Shown here piece after piece: positions 31,015 to 40,924 of a stretch of DNA of 64,000 nucleotides (the first letter of the stretch is position 1; every line of letters starts with the position of its first letter). The stretch comes from Oligoflexales bacterium. GTDB taxonomy: Bacteria > Bdellovibrionota_B > Oligoflexia > Oligoflexales > JAPPIL01. Under the pieces are notes generated by a model that did not search any database, had not been told where the DNA came from, and worked only from the letters and a program-made list of their open reading frames with translations. The position numbers and the translations under genes were made by a program. The stretch lies in contig OZ244057.1 of NCBI GenBank assembly GCA_965215515.1, forward strand, positions 1,984,001 through 2,048,000. Reading direction: 5' to 3'.

Positions 31015-31710
31015 TTAATCAGCAGTAATCTGCAACGGGATGCGGGCAAAAATTTTGTCGCCGCGTGCAAAACGAATTTCGTGCGACACCGCTGCGTTTG
31101 CATCGCGATAAATATCAAAGGTGAGGCCCTGGTATGATGTAAAGTTGACCGACACGTTGCTAATTGTCAAACGATCGTCGAGTGCAACTTGCACAGGTTC
31201 ACCGTCGCGCAAAACCAGCCGTTTGCTATCGTTGACGCGCAGCACGGCATAACGCAGCTGCGGGTCGAGCAAGCGCAAGAAGGCTTCGCCATGCACCTTA
31301 ACACCACTGCCCACGACAAACGCGTATATCTTCCCCTCGCCACGCTGGGAAAAATACGGCAGCAACTGCGTGTCTGTCTTGACCACATAGCCCTTGTCTC
31401 TGCCGTTATCGGGCGGATTCTTGAAACCGACGAAGTTGATATATTGTGCCTGCCGCCGACGATCCCGAAGCAGTGCAGCGACGACCTTTAGGGTATCGCC
31501 GCGCACGATGTCAGTCTGTGCCCCCGCCCTCAGCAAACGCCGCTCGCCGTTGACCTCGATGATCAGATAAGCAAGTTGCTGTGCGGGTGCGGCAAACCTC
31601 TCCCGCGGGGAATACCGCGTCGGGCTTACCCAGCTACGCCATGCGGTACAGAAAAACAAAATTAATACCCACAGTATCCTTAAAAACGGAAAAGCATGGC
31701 TTAGACGCAT
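31015..31710 (-). CDS. Hypothetical membrane-anchored or exported protein
   Basis: 231-aa ORF with N-terminal hydrophobic segment; abuts the next gene. Confidence 0.55.
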   Translation of the reverse strand: MRLSHAFPFLRILWVLILFFCTAWRSWVSPTRYSPRERFAAPAQQLAYLIIEVNGERRLLRAGAQTDIVRGDTLKVVAALLRDRRRQAQYINFVGFKNPPDNGRDKGYVVKTDTQLLPYFSQRGEGKIYAFVVGSGVKVHGEAFLRLLDPQLRYAVLRVNDSKRLVLRDGEPVQVALDDRLTISNVSVNFTSYQGLTFDIYRDANAAVSHEIRFARGDKIFARIPLQITAD

Positions 31711-31755
31711 GAAAAAAACTTACCCTCGTGCTAGAATGGTAGCGATGACACCAAG

Positions 31756-32658
31756 ATGGCGATGGCGATGACCGATGTCTTCACCAGTGAAAATTTTACC
31801 GCATTTATTCCTGCCTTCAAAGCCCACCTCGCGATACGGGGATGTAGTGGGGCGACTGTCGACTCCTACAGCAGCGATGTGCGGTTATTTTTGCAGTTCA
31901 TGCATGCCAGACAGCTGAGCAGCGAAGATCTAGATGCGAGTACTTTGCACGCCTATTGTGATTTTCTTCAGACCGACAGTGCTCGACACGAAAACTCCCA
32001 GCGTCGTAAGATAATTGCCATTCGTCAGTTTTTCACCTTCTTGACGGACGACGCTACCCTGACCGACAACCCGTTTGAGAAAGCTATCATCCCCGTACGA
32101 GATGACACGCTGCATTACGAGCTGCAGAGCGACAAGCTCACCCAGCTGCTAACTGCATTGGCAAAACGTGCGGACACGCAAAGTGTGCGCAACCTCGCCC
32201 TTATCAATCTGCTGGCTTTCGAGGGGCTTAAGGCTAGCGAGCTGGTCGCCTTGCGTTGGCAAGATTTCGTGCCCAGCCCCCGCGGGGCGCTGCTCCGTAT
32301 CGGAGGTAACCGTCAGCGGGTCATAAACCTACAACCAGCAACCGTCGCAGGCTTACGCCAGTGGCAGCGCGTGGCGCGACAACGTCATCCTCAACTCGAC
32401 ACACGGCTCATGTTTGGAGGTTTCAAGGGGCCTGAAGGGGCTTTGCCGCTCGCCACCCTGACCCGTCACGGGCTGAAATTTATCCTCGCTCAGCTCGCCG
32501 TCCAAGCCGATATTCCTTCGTTAACCCCCGCCCTGCTGCGTCACCATGCGACAAGACACATGTTGCTACAAGGCAAGAGCATCACCGACAGCATGGCACA
32601 CCTCGGTCTCAGGCGCACAGGCAACGTTCGTCAACATCTCCTGCAACTTCAGCGGTGA
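31756..32658 (+). CDS. XerC/XerD-like tyrosine recombinase homologue with degenerate active site
   Basis: SAM-like N-domain (TVDSYSSDV, AIRQFFTFL, DNPF); box I GLKASEL; box II TPALLRH...LGL; no C-terminal catalytic Tyr. Confidence 0.85.
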   Translation: MAMAMTDVFTSENFTAFIPAFKAHLAIRGCSGATVDSYSSDVRLFLQFMHARQLSSEDLDASTLHAYCDFLQTDSARHENSQRRKIIAIRQFFTFLTDDATLTDNPFEKAIIPVRDDTLHYELQSDKLTQLLTALAKRADTQSVRNLALINLLAFEGLKASELVALRWQDFVPSPRGALLRIGGNRQRVINLQPATVAGLRQWQRVARQRHPQLDTRLMFGGFKGPEGALPLATLTRHGLKFILAQLAVQADIPSLTPALLRHHATRHMLLQGKSITDSMAHLGLRRTGNVRQHLLQLQR

Positions 32659-33104
32659 ACGACGACACACACTACATGGAAACCGCCCTGCAAGCCGCCG
32701 CAGAGGCTGCGCCGCGCGGCGAAGTTCCCGTCGGTGCGGTGTTGGTGCGCCACCACAACATCATCGCAACCGCGGCAAATGCCAAAGAAACCCAACGGGA
32801 TGCCACTTGCCACGCCGAGATGCTCGCCATCCGCGCGGCTAGTCGCCACCTGCAGGCATGGCGTTTGCTCGACACTACGCTTTACGTGACCCTCGAACCG
32901 TGCTTAATGTGCAGCGGGGCGATCTATCAAGCTCGCATCGCCCGCGTCGTCTTTGCCGCCCGCGATCGACGTTACGGTGCGCTCCAGTGGATACAAGCGC
33001 GCCAGCACGAGCTGGGCAATCACCGCCTCACGTTGCAACACGGCATCTGCGCCGAGGCTAGCAGCGCACTGCTGCGTGCCTTTTTCCAGGGGAAACGTCC
33101 GTAA
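32655..33104 (+). CDS. tadA: tRNA adenosine(34) deaminase
   Basis: EVPVGAV, HAEMLAI, TLYVTLEPCLMC. Confidence 0.9.
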   Translation: MNDDTHYMETALQAAAEAAPRGEVPVGAVLVRHHNIIATAANAKETQRDATCHAEMLAIRAASRHLQAWRLLDTTLYVTLEPCLMCSGAIYQARIARVVFAARDRRYGALQWIQARQHELGNHRLTLQHGICAEASSALLRAFFQGKRP

Positions 33105-33138
33105 CCCCGAGGCACACCTGCAAATTCAGCGCAGCCTA

Positions 33139-33888
33139 CTAGCTCAACTTGTCTTTGAAAACCTGCAACAGATCGATCGGCAGGGGAAAAACGATCGTCG
33201 TCTTCTGATCCGACGACATGTCGATCATACTTTGCAAGTAGCGGAGCTGCAAGGTGACAGGGTTTTTGGCAAATTGGTCAGCAGCTTCCCGCAGCTGCTC
33301 AGCGGCCTGAAACTCACCCTTGGCGGCGATGATTTTGGCACGGCGTTCACGCTCGGCCTCGGCTTCCTTGGCCATCGCCCGCTGCATTTCGGTAGGTAAA
33401 TCAACATGCTTGACCTCGACCGAGATGACCTTGATTCCCCACGGGTCGGTGTTGGCATCGAGAATGGTTTGCAGTTTGGCGTTGATGGAGTCGCGATCGA
33501 CCAGCAGTTCGTCGAGCGTGTGCTCGCCGAGGGTCGAGCGCAAATGCGTCTGTGCCAACAAGCTCGTGGCGTAGAGGTAGTTCTCGACGTTGACCAACGA
33601 CTTGGTGGGATCGACGACACGAAAGTAAAGCACTGCGTTGACCTTGAGGCTGACGTTATCGCGGCTGATGACATCCTGCGGATCGATATCCATCGTCACG
33701 GTGCGAATCGATATTTTGACCATGCGATCGATAAAGGGGATGATCAACACCACCCCCGGCCCCTTGGGGAGGTCGAGCACGCGGCCGAGACGGAAAACCA
33801 CCCCGCGTTCGTACTCGTTGATTATCTTGATAGCATTGGCAAGAAACAGCAGCAACAACCCTATCGCTATCGGCAAACCCCAACTCAT
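33139..33888 (-). CDS. SPFH/band-7 (stomatin-like, slipin) protein
   Basis: [44 protein letters not shown]. Confidence 0.95.
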   Translation of the reverse strand: MSWGLPIAIGLLLLFLANAIKIINEYERGVVFRLGRVLDLPKGPGVVLIIPFIDRMVKISIRTVTMDIDPQDVISRDNVSLKVNAVLYFRVVDPTKSLVNVENYLYATSLLAQTHLRSTLGEHTLDELLVDRDSINAKLQTILDANTDPWGIKVISVEVKHVDLPTEMQRAMAKEAEAERERRAKIIAAKGEFQAAEQLREAADQFAKNPVTLQLRYLQSMIDMSSDQKTTIVFPLPIDLLQVFKDKLS

Positions 33889-34011
33889 CGCTCATCCCCT
33901 TGCTAATTCAACCCTCCGAGTATACGTGAAGATGTCCTGTCTTAGCAAGTTTTGTCTCACTTTATCTCTTCTCTGCTGTCCTTGCGGTACACTCCTCTCA
34001 CAACAAATGCC

Positions 34012-34037
34012 TTAGGTAAGGCCAGCTTGTTGCCGAT
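34012..34037 (+). promoter_or_regulatory. Putative sigma28-type promoter upstream of the pilin gene
   Basis: TTAGG-N15-GCCGAT. Confidence 0.4.
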
Positions 34038-34058
34038 GCGGCAGCAGGGGGATGGGGA

Positions 34059-34565
34059 TTGAGAAGATCGAAGCGTGTAACACGGGCGTTTAGCCTTGTC
34101 GAGATGATGGTGGTGGCGGCAATCATCGGGATCCTTGCCACGCTGGCAGTGCCTAGATTCCGCGTCTTCATAGCTAGGTCACGCATGGGCGAAGCGACTC
34201 ACAACCTCGGTGTCATCGATAAACTACAGAAAAGTTACAATATCCATTATCAGATGCTAGGAACAGATGATGTTTGGTATGGGGGGGGGCTTATCGGCCG
34301 CGACGGTGCTAGCAGTAAATGCGCTGATGCTGACCTGAAGAACAGCCTGGGTTTTCGGGTCGAGGACTGCTCTCTACTGCGCTACTTTTACACGGGGTCA
34401 GCTAATGCAGACACAGCAAAAAACTCCTCAGGAGGAGGTGATGTGAATTATAGAATTTACCCTGGCTGCGATACTGGAGATGACGAATGGCAAATTAGTC
34501 GTGCCACCCGTGGCAATCCAAAGTTAGATCAAACGATAGACGTTCTCGATGGATGCAGAGAGTAG
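34059..34565 (+). CDS. Type IV pilin-like protein
   Basis: Prepilin cleavage/methylation motif A/FSLVEMMVVAAIIGILATLAVP; C-terminal cysteines. Confidence 0.9.
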   Translation: MRRSKRVTRAFSLVEMMVVAAIIGILATLAVPRFRVFIARSRMGEATHNLGVIDKLQKSYNIHYQMLGTDDVWYGGGLIGRDGASSKCADADLKNSLGFRVEDCSLLRYFYTGSANADTAKNSSGGGDVNYRIYPGCDTGDDEWQISRATRGNPKLDQTIDVLDGCRE

Positions 34566-34610
34566 AGCCATGCAGTTGCAATATCGGCCCGCTCACCCTA
34601 TACTCGAGGC

Positions 34611-36056
34611 ATGAAATCAGCACCACCTGCGATAAGGATTTGGAACACGTTGACGCGGCGCAAGGAGGAACTGCGCCCGTTGGAGGACGGCCATGTGCGC
34701 ATCTATGCCTGCGGGGTGACGGTCTACGACGATTGTCATGTCGGGCATGCCATGCAGGCATTAGTGTTCGACTTATTGGTTAATTTTCTGCGCAGCTGCG
34801 GCTATCGGGTCACCTATGTGCGCAATTTTACCGATGTCGATGATAAGATTATCGCCCGCAGTCAGGAGCTAGCCATCTCGCCGCGGCAGCTCGTGGACAA
34901 GATGATCGCCGCGTGTCAGCGTGATTTCGCGGCTCTCGGTCTGACTGCCCCCGATCGAGAGCCGCGGGTATCGACACACATCGCCGAGATCATCGCCATG
35001 ATTCGCACGCTCATCGTGCGTGGTTATGCCTATGCGAGTGAGGCGGGCAATGTTTATTTCCGTGTACGGCGATTCCCCGACTATGGCAGGTTGTCCAACC
35101 GCAAGCTTGAGGACTTACAGAGTGGCGAGCCGCACACGGACGACAAGGAGGATGTGCTCGACTTCGCCCTGTGGAAGGCTGACCAGCACGAGGGTGCAAG
35201 CTGGCCAAGCCCTTGGGGGGTGGGACGGCCAGGCTGGCACATTGAGTGCAGTGCCATGTCGGCCGCTCATCTCGGCAAAAGTTTTGACATTCACGGTGGG
35301 GGGCAGGATTTGGTTTTTCCGCACCACGAGAACGAGATTGCCCAATCCGTCTGCGCCAATGCCAGTCCTTATGCCTCGCTTTGGATGCACAGCGGTTTGG
35401 TAACGGTTGATGGCCGCAAGATGTCCAAGAGCCTGCACAATCACATCACTATCGTACGATTTCTCCAGGACTGGTCGCCAGAGGTGCTTCGTCTTGCGGT
35501 GTTGACACATCACTATCGCTCCCAGATCGATTTCTCGTCTGCTTTTTTGCGTACCGTTCGTCGTCGTCTACTCTACTACCGTGAGACGCTGGTTTTTTTG
35601 CGCCAGGCCGTGGGCACTGCGAAGGTCAAAACTTGGGCGGCGGAGGATGATGATATGCAGGCAAACTTTACCGCCGCCCTATGCGATGATCTCAACACCC
35701 CCGCCGCGCTGGCGCAGCTGAACATCGCCTGCAAGAAAGCCAACGCCTTGCGTCGCCGCCCTGCCGCTGCCCAGGACGAAGCTGCCCGTTATCTCCAACT
35801 CATCACACGCGGCGGTGAGCTACTCGGTATTTTGCGCCGTGATCCGCAGGCATTCATCGCGGCGACCCGTCGGGAGGTGTTGCACGAGCACGGTCTTGAC
35901 GAGCGGCAGGTGCAAGACATGATCGCTGCTCGTGTCGAGGCACGTCGGGCGGGAGACTATCAGCGTGCCGACATGTTGCGTGCTACCTTGCAAGCACGGG
36001 GGATTGAGCTGCAAGATACTCCTGATGGCACGACCTGGACGGTCAGCTACGGGTAA
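34611..36056 (+). CDS. cysS: Cysteine--tRNA ligase
   Basis: CGVTVYD, HVGH, GRPGWHIECSAM, HHENE, KMSKS. Confidence 0.98.
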   Translation: MKSAPPAIRIWNTLTRRKEELRPLEDGHVRIYACGVTVYDDCHVGHAMQALVFDLLVNFLRSCGYRVTYVRNFTDVDDKIIARSQELAISPRQLVDKMIAACQRDFAALGLTAPDREPRVSTHIAEIIAMIRTLIVRGYAYASEAGNVYFRVRRFPDYGRLSNRKLEDLQSGEPHTDDKEDVLDFALWKADQHEGASWPSPWGVGRPGWHIECSAMSAAHLGKSFDIHGGGQDLVFPHHENEIAQSVCANASPYASLWMHSGLVTVDGRKMSKSLHNHITIVRFLQDWSPEVLRLAVLTHHYRSQIDFSSAFLRTVRRRLLYYRETLVFLRQAVGTAKVKTWAAEDDDMQANFTAALCDDLNTPAALAQLNIACKKANALRRRPAAAQDEAARYLQLITRGGELLGILRRDPQAFIAATRREVLHEHGLDERQVQDMIAARVEARRAGDYQRADMLRATLQARGIELQDTPDGTTWTVSYG

Positions 36057-36137
36057 GAACCACATAGCAGTTGCACAGGAAGCATATTCCTGTAATTACA
36101 GTATGTTGGGAAATTTACCTGCGGAACTCAGGAGGGT

Positions 36138-38138
36138 TTATTTTATCCTAAATTTTTCGGCAATGTCTCTGAGCGTATCGCTCGGCAGGTGTGCAAGTTC
36201 TTCAGCGATAAGTTCTCTAATCTCTTTATTTTTTTCAAATAGTTGTGGCTTAATATTTGCGGCATATTTTAAGATCAGATCTAGTGTTTCAGGCTTTATC
36301 TTACCCTCCCTAACTAACTGTAGCGTTAGAGTAATGTGGTGTTGCAGTGCAAGCGTTTCGTCGAACATGATTTGTGAGCGTTTTACTAGCGATGTCTTCT
36401 TCGCGATTCTCTTAAAAAGGTAGTGCAGGCTGTCATACAGCTCTTCTCTTTTTGTTACATCCTCATAGCCATGTAATATGACCCAGTCAGCGATGTCTTC
36501 TACTTTACTATCCAGAAATCCTCCTCCGAGCGTCGCCTTTCTTCCTATAAATTGTCCGTAAACGTGTCGTATGTGCTCTGGGGCATCAGATGTGACTCGT
36601 TGGCCTAAGGTTAAATCTACAGGTGTATCGTAGAATCCCGCTGACGCGATGTGTCCAGCATCGTGGTAGATTGTGGCTAAGGTTCGTCTGGCTTGCATGT
36701 TCTTGCTATCTAAGAAGAATGCTTGCCGCAGTTTTTGGAAAGCTTTCTGATAGCTATTTGCATCTGCATTGTTTGTTAATAGCTTTTGTGCTTCTTTTCG
36801 CAGCTTATCTGCTTCTTTTTTAAAGTCATAGTACTTCTTTCTACGCAGTAGTATGGCTCGTCGGACGGAGTCAGACTCGTTGAAGCCTGCGTCATGCAAT
36901 TTTTCAGCGACTCGCAGCATTTTGTAGTGATTGAGCACTCCCGCACCATCGACTTTACTGACGGTGTGAATGCTTGTGCGGGTGGCAGTCTTTTGCAATA
37001 AGGTAACCGCTTCGTCTCGACTTAACTTTGGTAAGATACTCATGGTATCGGCAAGTGCCCTGGTAACTAGCGGCGCAGCCCCGCTGGTGCCACCGAATCT
37101 GATATGCACCCCCCCGATCTCGGTGGTCAGGTAATCATCGCTAGGGGCGAGCACAACTACTTTTTCCGACGCTTGGGAGAAGTGGCTAGTAACTCCCTCA
37201 GGGCCGACACTGCCTGTCGGGATCATTTTATCACCGAGATCGCGAATAAAGTAATCAACAGGCTCAGGAAAATTATTACCTGCACTCTTGACTATAATTG
37301 CGTTGTCGAGTCTGCGCTCTGCCGTAGAAACAAATTTTGCATACGCACCAGCTATAGTTTCTCCCTCAGCGTAGGCAAGCTCATCAGAGCGATAGGCAAG
37401 CTCATTAGAGGGAAAACGAGCAAATCGCATCGATACATTAACAATGTGGGGGGGATCTGCATCGATAGCCGCGTAAAATATATTTCCGTCTTCTGCAAGA
37501 AAATAGTTTTGCATAATTCTACCTGCGTGACTTAATCTTCCCTTTGTGCTTCCTCCCGCGGGCATTTTGCCGAAGATCAAGTCGAGCACTGCCATGCCAT
37601 GATCATCATATTCAAACCTACCTGCTTCCCTTTTAAGAGCGACCATCAGATCACTATTGTAAACTCTTGCCCGTACCGTTTTGCTCATTTCTCCAGGGTC
37701 TATGACACGATCGATGATGCCTATCTTAGGTTCAACAAAGGCAAAACCGTCGTTTTCTAGCTTTTTTATAAACATACCTGCTTCAGGTTGCCCACACGCC
37801 TCCTGTGCCCAAAATGTGCTAATCTTTCCCAGCTGCTGATCGGGGCGTTCGTGCTTTGCCCAAAAATCTGGGTTTTTGTACCACGCCTGATAATAGGGAT
37901 GCTCGTGCGATGTCTGATAATATGGGTGTTTGTACCGTGCTGTATACCCGATTGTCCCATAGTCTTTGTCGTATAGATGCGGCAGCTTCTGATTGCCTGA
38001 GGCAACGATATGCTCGCCTGAACCACGGATATACCGCTTGATTATCTTAAATCCTTTGTACACAGCACGTGCACTAGGAGCGGTGAAAACAGGAGTAGAT
38101 AACGATATAGCGAGGATAACTGTGATGACCCTAATCAT
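36138..38138 (-). CDS. Secreted S8 subtilisin-like serine peptidase (AT-richer than the flanking genes)
   Basis: Signal peptide; IGIID, DHGMAV, SAGN, FGGTSGAAP. Confidence 0.88.
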   Translation of the reverse strand: MIRVITVILAISLSTPVFTAPSARAVYKGFKIIKRYIRGSGEHIVASGNQKLPHLYDKDYGTIGYTARYKHPYYQTSHEHPYYQAWYKNPDFWAKHERPDQQLGKISTFWAQEACGQPEAGMFIKKLENDGFAFVEPKIGIIDRVIDPGEMSKTVRARVYNSDLMVALKREAGRFEYDDHGMAVLDLIFGKMPAGGSTKGRLSHAGRIMQNYFLAEDGNIFYAAIDADPPHIVNVSMRFARFPSNELAYRSDELAYAEGETIAGAYAKFVSTAERRLDNAIIVKSAGNNFPEPVDYFIRDLGDKMIPTGSVGPEGVTSHFSQASEKVVVLAPSDDYLTTEIGGVHIRFGGTSGAAPLVTRALADTMSILPKLSRDEAVTLLQKTATRTSIHTVSKVDGAGVLNHYKMLRVAEKLHDAGFNESDSVRRAILLRRKKYYDFKKEADKLRKEAQKLLTNNADANSYQKAFQKLRQAFFLDSKNMQARRTLATIYHDAGHIASAGFYDTPVDLTLGQRVTSDAPEHIRHVYGQFIGRKATLGGGFLDSKVEDIADWVILHGYEDVTKREELYDSLHYLFKRIAKKTSLVKRSQIMFDETLALQHHITLTLQLVREGKIKPETLDLILKYAANIKPQLFEKNKEIRELIAEELAHLPSDTLRDIAEKFRIK

Positions 38139-38311
38139 GGCCTGCTCCCTTTTTATAACAGGATACTACCTGAAACAGGTATCATACTACATATAAAATC
38201 ATAGTCAATCCATATATTATATAGATTAAACTTATTATTGTAGTATTAAGCAGTTAGTGTTGTTGGGAGGGAACTTTAGTTCTGATTTTCACACGCTCTC
38301 GCTTCGTGTGT

Positions 38312-40543
38312 TTATTGAAAATCAAACATAAAGCGACCTTCGACACAATCGACGGTGACTTGACGGCTGTGTTTAGCCTGCTTGTTGAATAGTAGTTCTT
38401 TCGCCAGTGGTTTCTTGATGTAATCCTGCACTGCACGGTAAAGAGGTCGTGCTCCTTGACTGCGGTCGTAGCCCAGCTTGCCGAGCTGCCGTTGGGCGGC
38501 GGGGGTGACTTGAAGATGTAAGTCACGTTCCTGCAAACGATGCGTTAGTTCCTGCAAAAACTTAGCAACAATCTTCGTGACCATCGCTTCACCCAATGGA
38601 CGGAAAAACACTACGCGGTCGAGACGGTTGCGAAATTCAGGCGTGAAGCCCCCTTTGACCGCTTCGGCGTTTTTGTCATCATCGCCTGCACGCCCGAAAC
38701 CGATCGTATCACCCATCATCTCTGCAGCATGCACGTTAGTGGTCATAATCAAGATAATATTGCGGAAATCTGACTTACGTCCACTGCTGTCGGTCAGCAT
38801 ACCGTAATCCATCACCTGTAACAACACACTGTGCAGATCTACGTGCGCCTTTTCTATTTCATCGAGCAACAACACCGCATGCGGAGTGCGGTTGACCGCA
38901 TCGGTCAACTGGCCACCCTGCTCGAATCCCACATAGCCAGGCGGTGCACCGATCAAACGTGACACCATGTGCTTCTCCATGTATTCGCTCATGTCAAAAC
39001 GAATAAACCCGATACCGAGCAACTTACCCAACTGCCGTGCCAACTCGGTTTTGCCTACGCCCGTTGCACCAGAGAAAAGAAAACTGCCGACAGGACGGGT
39101 GCGGTCTTCGATTCCCGCACGCGACAACAACACCGTCTCACACACCGCCGCGATCGCCTCGTCCTGCCCAAAAATCAATCCCTGCAGACGTGTCTCGAGA
39201 TCAGCCAACTCCTCTCGGTCTTGCAGGCTGACTTCCTCAACAGGAATTTTGGCAATCGACGCGACGGTTTTCTGCACGTGTTTTTCCAGCACTCGCACCC
39301 TTCGTCCACTACCTGCAAGTGCCAGCGATGCACCTACCTCATCGATGATGTCGATCGCCTTGTCAGGCAACTGCCTGTCCTGCATGTAACGTGAGGAAAG
39401 ATCGACCGCGGCCTGCAACGCTTCCTTGCTGTAGCGCACTTTGTGGTATTCCTCGTAACGATCCTTCAAACCCTGCAAGATCTGCATCACTTCCGCAGTA
39501 CTCGGTTCGCCGATGTCTATTTTTTGGAAACGACGCGCAAACGCTGGTTCGTTCTCGATATGCTGACGATACTCGCTAAAGGTAGTCGCCCCGATAATTC
39601 GTAAACCTGAAGTCGTCAACAACGGTTTCAAAATATGAGATGCATCGAGCGCACTACTGCCCGTAGCACCCGCCCCGATAATCGTGTGCAGCTCATCGAT
39701 AAACAAAATCGGACTCGGCTGCCGTTCCAACTCCTTCAACACACCTGTGAAACGTTCCTCAAAATCCCCCCGATAGCGCGAGCCCGCTAACAACAACCCT
39801 AAATCAAGGGCAAAGAGACTCGCTTTCTGCAACCGCGGTGGCACTTTGTGGGTGACGAGCAAATGTGCCAACCCCTCAGCGATAGCCGTTTTTCCCACCC
39901 CCGCATCGCCGACATACAACGGGTTGTTCTTGTGACGGCGACACAACACTTGCATCGTGCGCTGTAGTTCGCTCTCCCGCCCAATAAGAGGATCGAATAC
40001 TTTGCCGCGAGCCGCTTTGCACAAGTCGGTGGTAAACAACGCGAGCGGGTTGCGCGAGGCCACTGTCACACTGGCACGAGACGCAGCGTGCTCCGCAGTC
40101 CACTCTCCCTCTGCGGCAGTTTTGCCTTGCGAGATGAAACTAACCACATCATAACGCCTGATGTTGTTGCTGTGCAGGATATGCACAGCATGCGAAGAGG
40201 TCTCCGACAGCATCGCCACCAAAATAGCGTCGGTTTGTAGTTTCTTAATCCCTGCCCGCTGCATGTGACCCGTGGCACGCTGGAGAACACGCCGAAAAGC
40301 AATCGTCAACCTCGCCTCCTGATCTTCCACCAGCTTGCCCTTGGGTAAATGGCGGGCGAGAAATTCCTCCAAGCGAGTTTTCATGTTATCGACAGAACCA
40401 CCGCACGCGGCAATTATTTTTTTGATGTGGAGATCATCGACCATCACCAAGAGCAGATGCTCGATCGTGACAAACTCATGCCCCGCTTTGGTAGCATCCT
40501 TGATGGCGTTATTGATGGCTAATTCTGCTTCAGAACTGATCAT
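38312..40543 (-). CDS. clpA: ATP-dependent Clp protease ATP-binding subunit ClpA
   Basis: Two AAA modules (GDAGVGKT, GATGVGKT), IGF loop, no middle domain, downstream of clpS. Confidence 0.95.
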   Translation of the reverse strand: MISSEAELAINNAIKDATKAGHEFVTIEHLLLVMVDDLHIKKIIAACGGSVDNMKTRLEEFLARHLPKGKLVEDQEARLTIAFRRVLQRATGHMQRAGIKKLQTDAILVAMLSETSSHAVHILHSNNIRRYDVVSFISQGKTAAEGEWTAEHAASRASVTVASRNPLALFTTDLCKAARGKVFDPLIGRESELQRTMQVLCRRHKNNPLYVGDAGVGKTAIAEGLAHLLVTHKVPPRLQKASLFALDLGLLLAGSRYRGDFEERFTGVLKELERQPSPILFIDELHTIIGAGATGSSALDASHILKPLLTTSGLRIIGATTFSEYRQHIENEPAFARRFQKIDIGEPSTAEVMQILQGLKDRYEEYHKVRYSKEALQAAVDLSSRYMQDRQLPDKAIDIIDEVGASLALAGSGRRVRVLEKHVQKTVASIAKIPVEEVSLQDREELADLETRLQGLIFGQDEAIAAVCETVLLSRAGIEDRTRPVGSFLFSGATGVGKTELARQLGKLLGIGFIRFDMSEYMEKHMVSRLIGAPPGYVGFEQGGQLTDAVNRTPHAVLLLDEIEKAHVDLHSVLLQVMDYGMLTDSSGRKSDFRNIILIMTTNVHAAEMMGDTIGFGRAGDDDKNAEAVKGGFTPEFRNRLDRVVFFRPLGEAMVTKIVAKFLQELTHRLQERDLHLQVTPAAQRQLGKLGYDRSQGARPLYRAVQDYIKKPLAKELLFNKQAKHSRQVTVDCVEGRFMFDFQ

Positions 40544-40901
40544 CTGCCACTACCATCGTGCACTGCAACGGGTGCTTATGCTTTTTGGCATACTCACTTA
40601 CCTCCGCCACCTTCGTCTCCGCGATCTCAAACGGATACACACCTCCTAGACCGACACCCAAACGATGAATGCTTATCACCACCTCCGTCGCTTGACTGCG
40701 TTCTTGATCGAAGAAAATCTCCAACACCTCGACAACAAACTCTTTCGGGGTATAATCATCGTTGTGCAGCAACACATGATACAGGGGCGGCTCAGTCGTC
40801 TGCAATCCTCCACCCTCCTGCACATCGGCGAGCACTTCTTGCGCCCCGTGCTCAAGCAACAACCCGCTACTAACCTCGTTCAGCTTATCGACATCCATCA
40901 T
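40530..40901 (-). CDS. clpS: ClpS N-end rule adaptor
   Basis: YHVLLHNDDYTPKEFVV, EIAETKV, HPLQCTM. Confidence 0.96.
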   Translation of the reverse strand: MMDVDKLNEVSSGLLLEHGAQEVLADVQEGGGLQTTEPPLYHVLLHNDDYTPKEFVVEVLEIFFDQERSQATEVVISIHRLGVGLGGVYPFEIAETKVAEVSEYAKKHKHPLQCTMVVADDQF

Positions 40902-40924
40902 ACCCCTCCGCGTTCGAGCAGATA

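Noticed and set aside
31756..32658. Prophage or integrative element integrase
   Set aside because: Catalytic residues are missing, no phage or ICE genes or att repeats are nearby, and composition is host-like.
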